Assembly (NCBI GenBank): GCA_049903315.1
Contig: JBNGBT010000004.1
Coordinates: 96,001-160,000 of the forward strand
Direction of reading: 5' to 3'
DNA length: 64,000 nt
From: Candidatus Cloacimonadota bacterium
Lineage (GTDB): Bacteria > Cloacimonadota > Cloacimonadia > JGIOTU-2
Shown one piece after another: positions 58,055 to 64,000 of this stretch (positions are counted from its first letter, which is position 1; every line of letters begins with the position of its first letter). A program made the translations under genes and the position numbers. The notes beneath the pieces were generated by a model. The model was not told the DNA's origin, made no database searches, and saw only the letters and a program-made list of their open reading frames with translations.

Positions 58055-58087
58055 AACTGTCTTTGTGCTCACTGTGGCTCTGTGGCA
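57659..58087. mobile_element. Putative GxxExxY mini-element bounded by 28-bp imperfect inverted repeats
   Basis: TGCCACAGAGACACAAAGGACACAGAGA (57659-57686) versus reverse complement of 58060-58087 TGCCACAGAGCCACAGTGAGCACAAAGA (22/28 identical). Confidence 0.6.
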
Positions 58088-58114
58088 TGTTGAGTTACAT
58101 ACTAAGTTTATACG

Positions 58115-58246
58115 ATATGAACGGCCAAAAGTGCTTTCTGTTGAATATAAAGGAGCTAAGATGGTATTAAAAGATACATTTTTAAAACTGTCTTTGTGCT
58201 CTCTGTGGCTCTGTGGCATGTTGAGTTACATAATAAGTTTATACGA
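58115..58246 (+). repeat. Internally deleted tandem copy of the GxxExxY gene 3' part plus right flank
   Basis: 58115-58159 matches 57817-57861 (3 substitutions); 58158-58246 matches 58026-58115. Confidence 0.9.
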
Positions 58247-58257
58247 AAGGTTGTTTT

Positions 58258-60408
58258 ATGACAACAAAATTACATGTATTGATTGTTGAGGACCTGCCTT
58301 CTGATGCTGAACTTGCGAAGTATGAAATTAATAAAGTCTTAGAAAACTATCTTACTCAGGTTGTCGAGACTGAAGATGATTTCAGAAAAGCGCTTGAGTC
58401 GTTTAAACCCGATCTCATTATCTCGGATTATAAACTCCCTTCTTTTGACGGTTTATCTGCCTTAAAGATCGCTCAGGAAAAATCACCATTCACTCCTTTT
58501 GTTATCCTCACCGGATCGATGAATGAGGACACAGCAGTCAAATGTATGAAAGCCGGCGCAGACGACTATGTAATAAAGGAGCATATCAAAAGATTGGGTC
58601 CTGCAATTCTCAACGCGATGAAAAAGAAACAAATTGAGTTCGAGCGTGCGCAACAGGAAAAAGAATATAGGCAATTGATAGATGGCATGAATGATACTGC
58701 TTTCGTGATAAACTTTGAAGGTAAATTCGTTGAGGTGAATGAGACTGCTGTCCGTGTTTTGGGTTATTCTAGAGATGAACTGCTTACTATGGGACCTACT
58801 GATATCGATCCTCACTTAACTGCAGAAGATATTGGGAAAATGATCAGAGAAATTGAATCGGGATCAGCAAAAAAACAGGTGTTTGAAACAGAGCACAGAA
58901 CCAAAACAGGTAAAATCATACCTGTGGAGATCAGCTCGAGCCCAATAACATATAAAAGGGAATTCGTGATTTTAAGCATTGCCAGAGATATTACTGAACG
59001 AAAAAGAATAGAGGAGAAACTTAAGGATTCGGAAATTAAATATCGCGGTCTATTCGAAAACTCAAGCGAGTTCCTTTTTACACTTGATCTTAAAGGTAAT
59101 TTCACAGATGTTAACAAAGCAGCAGAAAATCTCACCGGCTACACAAAAGCCGAGTTGTTAAAGATGAATTTCAAAAATTATACAAAAAAAGAGGATTATA
59201 GAAGACTTTTTATTGCTTTCAATAATATTTATAAAACAGGAAAACCCCTGCATAATCTTTTTATTGAAGCAAATATGAAGGACAAATCAAAAAGATATTT
59301 TCAGATAAGTCTCAATCTTTTGCGGAAAGGTAAAGAGATTATCGGCTACCAGGGCAGCTCAATGGATATTACAGAACGCAAACTGGCTGAAGAAACCCTG
59401 AAAAGGAGCGAAGAATTTAACCGGGCTATTATAGAGAATAGCAAGGATTGTATTAAGCTCCTTGATCTCGATGGAAACTTGCTTTATATGAGCCCGGGTG
59501 GGCAGGAACTCCTCGAAATCGATGATATAGGAAAATATTTGAACAAATCGTGGATCGAGTTCTGGAAGGGAGAAGATTACGAGAATGCAAAATGTTCTAT
59601 CAACCAAGGGAAAGAAGGTGGAACCGGATATTTTGAAGGATATTGTTCTACAGAAAAAGGAACTCCAAAATGGTGGAGTGTGATAATATCACCTATTTTA
59701 GATGAACATGGGAAGGTTGATAAAATTCTGTCAATCTCGAGGGATATTACCGAACGAAAGCAAGCCGAAGAACAGATCAAGAAAGAACTGCTGGAAAATA
59801 AGGTATTGTTGAGGGAAGTTCACCATAGAACAAAAAATAATCTGCAAACGATCAACAGTTTGTTGCAGCTCCAACAGGATACGATAAAGACAAAAGAAGA
59901 TGCCTTCAAAAGTTTTGAGGTCAGCCAGGACAGGATACGAACAATGGCGCAAGCGTATGAAATTCTGCTTGCATCGGAATACATGTCTGAAGTGAAACTT
60001 GGCGAGTATCTTACCTTGCTTGCAGGACAGCTCAAACGTAATTATGATGCATATAATAAAGTAAAGATTACCTTTTCTTTAGAGGAAGTGCACTTTGAGA
60101 CGGAAAAGTTGAGTAAACTTGGTCTCATTGTAAATGAAATTCTGACAAATGCGATGAAATATGCCTTTCAAGGAAAAGATAAGGGCAATATACATATTGA
60201 GTTAAACGATATGAAGGATCATTTAGTGATCAAGATTTCAGATGATGGAATAGGTATTCCTGAAAACATTGATGTTCATAAACCAGAAACACTTGGGTTG
60301 TCACTTGTTGGTATGCTGCTCGAGGAGTTCAACGGATCATTTTCTGTGGAGAGGAAAAAAGGAACGAGTTTTACACTGGAAATACCGAAGGAGAGAATAA
60401 ATCAATAA
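58258..60408 (+). CDS. REC - 3xPAS - HisKA_2 (HWE-like) hybrid histidine kinase
   Basis: VLIVED..SD, SDY.LP..DG, GADDYV.K; three PAS ending in DITERK; LLREVHHRTKNNLQ, NEILTNAMKYAF, DDGIG, LGL.LV. Confidence 0.93.
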   Translation: MTTKLHVLIVEDLPSDAELAKYEINKVLENYLTQVVETEDDFRKALESFKPDLIISDYKLPSFDGLSALKIAQEKSPFTPFVILTGSMNEDTAVKCMKAGADDYVIKEHIKRLGPAILNAMKKKQIEFERAQQEKEYRQLIDGMNDTAFVINFEGKFVEVNETAVRVLGYSRDELLTMGPTDIDPHLTAEDIGKMIREIESGSAKKQVFETEHRTKTGKIIPVEISSSPITYKREFVILSIARDITERKRIEEKLKDSEIKYRGLFENSSEFLFTLDLKGNFTDVNKAAENLTGYTKAELLKMNFKNYTKKEDYRRLFIAFNNIYKTGKPLHNLFIEANMKDKSKRYFQISLNLLRKGKEIIGYQGSSMDITERKLAEETLKRSEEFNRAIIENSKDCIKLLDLDGNLLYMSPGGQELLEIDDIGKYLNKSWIEFWKGEDYENAKCSINQGKEGGTGYFEGYCSTEKGTPKWWSVIISPILDEHGKVDKILSISRDITERKQAEEQIKKELLENKVLLREVHHRTKNNLQTINSLLQLQQDTIKTKEDAFKSFEVSQDRIRTMAQAYEILLASEYMSEVKLGEYLTLLAGQLKRNYDAYNKVKITFSLEEVHFETEKLSKLGLIVNEILTNAMKYAFQGKDKGNIHIELNDMKDHLVIKISDDGIGIPENIDVHKPETLGLSLVGMLLEEFNGSFSVERKKGTSFTLEIPKERINQ

Positions 60409-60420
60409 ATGCCGTTCTTG

Positions 60421-60574
60421 TCGTTCTTAACTCAATGCTTCGCTTTTAAGTCAAGTCCGACAAGACTCAAGACTTGAGTTAAGGGCACGCAGTGAACTTG
60501 ACTTAAGGATTGTGGGTGAAGTATCGTTCTTAACTCAATTCCTCAGCAAGCTGAGTTATTAAGTCAAGTCCGAT
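60421..60574. repeat. ~155-bp hairpin-rich repeat, copy 2
   Basis: Same orientation and module order as 52253-52413, with different linkers. Confidence 0.88.
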
Positions 60575-60767
60575 AGAATTTTTCATACTGCCTAATAAAT
60601 TAAGCAAACTGCGGAATTAATTCAGCACTTTGGGGAAAATACTATTTTGCACAATTATTTTTCAGCTAGATTTAATAATTAATTAAATCACGTAACTTAC
60701 TGCCAAAAAGCACATTGCAAAATTGCAATCTCCAATTCAAGAATAATATCCCGGTTAATGACAACAC

Positions 60768-60783
60768 TGGCACGGAAATTGCT
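60768..60783 (+). promoter_or_regulatory. Sigma-54 (-24/-12) promoter
   Basis: TGGCAC-GGAAA-TTGCT matches TGGCAC-N5-TTGCW; near-palindrome ATTGCAAAATTGCAAT at 60714-60729 upstream. Confidence 0.75.
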
Positions 60784-60999
60784 ATTAATAATGTAAAGTA
60801 TAAAAGGTGTTTAAAGAATCACGTTGTCACGTGTAAAAAAAGCGGGTATTGCCATGATTGATAAAAAGTATAATAGAAAAAACAAAACAAATAAAAAAGG
60901 GATAAATTCTCTGTCAAAAATCAGTTTATCTGAGTTTAGTAATTGCACACAAACTGTAAATGACTCTGCATTTTTTTCCAAATTTAAAAAGGCGGATAT

Positions 61000-62007
61000 A
61001 TGTCAAAAAAAATAATCGGAATTATTATCATATGTGTAGTGGTAATCATAGGGATAGGTATTTATTCACTTGTGCATAAACAGCCTGTGAAATATTCAGG
61101 ACCTGCAGAGAAAATTATAATAGGGTCACCATTGCAGGAAATATCTTCCTTAGTATATCTCGCACATGAAAACAGATATTTTAAGGAAAATAAACTGGAT
61201 GTAGAAATAAAAAAATGTAACTCCGGAGTTGAGGCAGTACAGAAATTGCTTGATGGTGAGATAGATATCGCATTGGGCTCAGATTTTGTGCTTACCAGCA
61301 ACAGTTTTGATCACGATAACTTGAGGGTAATTGGTTCTATTGCCAAAGCTGATGTTGAAGAATTTGTTGTGAAGAAAGATTCCGGGATTTCAACTCCAAA
61401 AGATTTGAAAGGAAAGAAAATCGGCATTAAGAGAAAAAGCACTTCAGAATTTCACCTTGGAAGTTTTCTTCTCTTTAACGGACTTACCCTCGAAGACATA
61501 GAAATGGTTGATCTAAGCCCCGCAGAATTAGTAGAAGCGCTTAAAAATAATGAGGTTGATGCGATCATTACGTGGCCCCCTTACGCATTTAATGTGAAAA
61601 ACCAGTTGGGTGATAATGCATTCTCATGGAGTGCACAATCCGGGCATCAGTTTTTCTGGATTGCAATAACGACTCAAGATAAGATCCCCGAAAAGGAACT
61701 CGCTTTTGAAAAATTCTTCAAAGCTTTAGTGCAGTCTGAAGAATATATAAAAGAAAATAACGCAGAGACAAAAATTATAATTACAAAATACTTAGATACG
61801 AATGAAAAATATATGAATTATCATTGGCCTAAACAAAAGTTTGTTGTAGAACTTCCACAAGCCCTCATAATCACCCTTGACTCTCAGGCACGGTGGCGGA
61901 TACAAAATAAACTTACAAATGCCACAGAAATTCCCAACTATATGAACTTTATATATTTAGATGCGTTGAATAATGTCAAACCCGAAATAGTAACAATAAT
62001 AAGGTGA
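61000..62007 (+). CDS. NMT1/SsuA/THI5-like substrate-binding protein (membrane-anchored)
   Basis: YLA.E..YF....LDV......SG......L..G.ID, I....DLKGKKIG, GL...D...V.L, VDA...W.P. Confidence 0.88.
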   Translation: MSKKIIGIIIICVVVIIGIGIYSLVHKQPVKYSGPAEKIIIGSPLQEISSLVYLAHENRYFKENKLDVEIKKCNSGVEAVQKLLDGEIDIALGSDFVLTSNSFDHDNLRVIGSIAKADVEEFVVKKDSGISTPKDLKGKKIGIKRKSTSEFHLGSFLLFNGLTLEDIEMVDLSPAELVEALKNNEVDAIITWPPYAFNVKNQLGDNAFSWSAQSGHQFFWIAITTQDKIPEKELAFEKFFKALVQSEEYIKENNAETKIIITKYLDTNEKYMNYHWPKQKFVVELPQALIITLDSQARWRIQNKLTNATEIPNYMNFIYLDALNNVKPEIVTIIR

Positions 62008-62011
62008 TATA

Positions 62012-63694
62012 ATGAAAATCAAAACAAAGATATATCTGATTTTTATAGTGTATTTAATTTTACTTGTCATACTGGGAAATGCATTGATCTTTACTGCGCG
62101 CCAGATGGTTCATTCAATTGATAAGTCAGATTTGGCAAGCGATATGGTGCAAGGGCTTTTTGGATTGAATGTATTAACTAATGATTACATTTTATACCAG
62201 TCAGAAAGAGCAAAAGAGCAATGGCAGGCAGTTTATACTTCTCTGGGAAATGTCATCGCACATAATTTACCTCATGAAAAGAAAGTGAAACATACACACA
62301 CTCATGAAGAAGAAGCTATTTTACATGAATTGCATGAAGATTGGACAGTTGTGGGAGAATTGTTCCCCCAGATCACTGATCCAGCTATCTCGAAAGAATT
62401 ACACGACAGATTGGTTTCACAGATATTAATAAAATCGCAAGAAATGGTGACAAATGCATTTGAATTGTCTCAGATGTCCCAAAGAACTATACTTAAAGCT
62501 CAAGGGAGAGATAATATATTCAATTTAGTCTTTTTAACATCGATGTTCATTCTTGTTTTAGTTGGATTTTATTCTCTTATTCATTCAACGCTGAAACCGA
62601 TGGAAAAATTAATGGAAGGAACAGAGATAATTGGAAAAGGAGATCTTAAATACAAGATTGACATTAAAGGTAAAGATGAAATAGGGAATTTGGCTGCTGC
62701 GTTTAATCGCATGACAACGAATTTGCAAGAAACCACTGCTTCCAGAGATGAATTAGATAAGGAAATCGCAGAGCGCAAACAAGCAGAAATTATGATCACA
62801 AAACAACAGGAACAGCTTAACTCCATATTCGATGGTATCGATGATGTGATCTATGTGGCAGATCCCGATACATATGAATTGCTTTTTACGAACGATGTTG
62901 CAAAGAAAATTTGGGGTGATAACATTATTGGCAAAAAGTGCTATGAAATATTGCAAGGGAGGAATTCACCCTGTCCTTTCTGTACGAATAAAGAAATTTT
63001 AAAAAAACTCGGCGAACCGGTAATATGGGAATTCCAGAATGAGAATAACAAAAGGTGGTATCGCTGTTTTGATAAAGCAATACAGTGGTCAGATGGTAAG
63101 ATGGTACGTTTCGAATTGGCTATGGATATTACAGAAATGAAAGAAGTGCAGCAACAGATCATCAAAGAAAAAGCCATAACAGAATCAGTTCTGGATAGTA
63201 TCCCGGGAATATTTTATCAAATCGATACAAAAGGTAAATTTGTAAGAACGAACAAAAGCTTTCAGGAACTTGTTGGAAAAACTGAAAATGAAATGAATAC
63301 ATTGAATGCAGTAGAACTTTTCGAAGGTGAAGATAGGCAGTTAATAGCAGAAGCAATGCAAAAAGTGTTTGTAGATGGGCATTATAGCGTGGAAGCAAAT
63401 ATGGCAATCCAGGATAAAAAAATCCCATTCTACTTCACTGGAATATTAACGAAAATTGATGATATCCCTTATCTTATTGGAATGGGAACTGATGTGAGCA
63501 CCCTGAAAGAGATAGAAACAAACCTGAGAAAAACCAATAGTGAACTGGAAATGTTCAACAAAATGGCAGTGGGCAGAGAGAAACGTATGATAGAGCTGAA
63601 AAGAAAGATCAATTCTATGAGCAAAGAACTTGGCAATGAAGAACCGTACGATCTTTCGTTTGCCGAAGCAGATACTGCTAAGGAGACGAATTAA
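62012..63694 (+). CDS. Membrane sensor: TM-periplasmic-TM, HAMP, two PAS, terminal coiled coil, no output domain
   Basis: P..KL..G...IG.GDL...I.....DEIG.LA.AFN.M; two PAS; ends FNKMAVGREKRMIELKRKIN...LG...PY. Confidence 0.85.
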   Translation: MKIKTKIYLIFIVYLILLVILGNALIFTARQMVHSIDKSDLASDMVQGLFGLNVLTNDYILYQSERAKEQWQAVYTSLGNVIAHNLPHEKKVKHTHTHEEEAILHELHEDWTVVGELFPQITDPAISKELHDRLVSQILIKSQEMVTNAFELSQMSQRTILKAQGRDNIFNLVFLTSMFILVLVGFYSLIHSTLKPMEKLMEGTEIIGKGDLKYKIDIKGKDEIGNLAAAFNRMTTNLQETTASRDELDKEIAERKQAEIMITKQQEQLNSIFDGIDDVIYVADPDTYELLFTNDVAKKIWGDNIIGKKCYEILQGRNSPCPFCTNKEILKKLGEPVIWEFQNENNKRWYRCFDKAIQWSDGKMVRFELAMDITEMKEVQQQIIKEKAITESVLDSIPGIFYQIDTKGKFVRTNKSFQELVGKTENEMNTLNAVELFEGEDRQLIAEAMQKVFVDGHYSVEANMAIQDKKIPFYFTGILTKIDDIPYLIGMGTDVSTLKEIETNLRKTNSELEMFNKMAVGREKRMIELKRKINSMSKELGNEEPYDLSFAEADTAKETN

Positions 63695-64000
63695 TGAAAA
63701 TGCATATTTCACAACTCGTTGATATCAATAGGCTTCAGAAAATTCTGGAAAAATTCTACATAGCTACTGGAACAAATGCATTTATTTTAGATCTTGAAGG
63801 AAATATACTGGCTGAAATAGGTTGGCAGGATATCTGTACAAAATTTCATCGCGTAAATGCCGAAACATGTAAAAACTGTATGGAAAGCGATACTTCCCTC
63901 GCAAACGACCTGAAGAAGGGTAAAAAGTATAATGTGTATAAATGTCTGAATGGTCTGATTGATGTCGCTGTTCCTATTACTGTTAAAGGCGAGCATATCG
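63694..64000 (+). CDS. PocR-domain sensor protein, 5' part (runs off window)
   Basis: My translation MKMHISQLVDINRLQKILEKFYIATG...LDLEGNIL..IGWQDICTKFHRVN...C..SD...YKCLNGLIDVAVPI..KGEHI parallels the PocR domain of 52743-57182; TAATG coupling. Confidence 0.85.
   Translation, partial: MKMHISQLVDINRLQKILEKFYIATGTNAFILDLEGNILAEIGWQDICTKFHRVNAETCKNCMESDTSLANDLKKGKKYNVYKCLNGLIDVAVPITVKGEHI

Noticed and set aside
57817..58159. Possible DGR template/variable repeat pair, given an Avd-related four-helix gene in the window
   Set aside because: Only 45 bp, differences are not confined to adenines (one C/T), and there is no reverse transcriptase.
58022..58289. ORFs 58029-58289 (+) and 58022-58219 (-)
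   Set aside because: Their internally repeated peptides come from the DNA duplication; no independent coding evidence.
60824..61015. 63-aa ORF in the sigma-54 leader
   Set aside because: TTG start, low-complexity Lys/Asn-rich sequence, no family resemblance; a leader peptide cannot be excluded but is unsupported.

Overview
AT-rich bacterial chromosomal segment. FCB-group hallmarks (PorV/PorQ-like barrel, a secreted protein with a NYPNPF...WDG...SSGVY C-terminal FlgD-Ig/T9SS-type tail) suggest an anaerobic Cloacimonadota-like organism; this assignment is inference. Housekeeping blocks: a TPP-riboswitch-controlled thiE-thiM-thiC-thiD operon, gcvPA-gcvPB followed by a ferredoxin and an archaeal-type geranylgeranyl reductase, folB-folK-dNK-glmU(N-half)-HIT-lytR_C-rsfS-argS, tRNA-Asp, and surE-pcm...ybaB-recR-efp-nudix-rdgB-glnA. 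Between them lie accessory secreted and membrane genes and many signalling genes: an ~1830-aa Ser/Thr kinase-ATPase-TPR-GAF-His kinase, a TPR His kinase, PocR/PAS kinases and a sigma-54-driven SBP/sensor operon. The most unusual layer is a set of tiny repeat-flanked elements with no transposase or integrase. (1) A GIY-YIG gene behind tRNA-Asp is followed by two tRNA 3'-half copies whose T-loop is replaced by a TCCCGA..TCGGGA palindrome. (2) A four-helix-bundle gene bracketed by inverted 8-mer arrays sits inside the thi operon. (3) A GxxExxY gene bracketed by inverted repeats is followed by an internally deleted tandem copy. (4) The same mini-palindrome is nested in other REP-like hairpins. (5) A ~155-bp hairpin-rich direct repeat brackets the 8-kb sensor cluster. 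No CRISPR array, rRNA, intact IS or prophage was seen.
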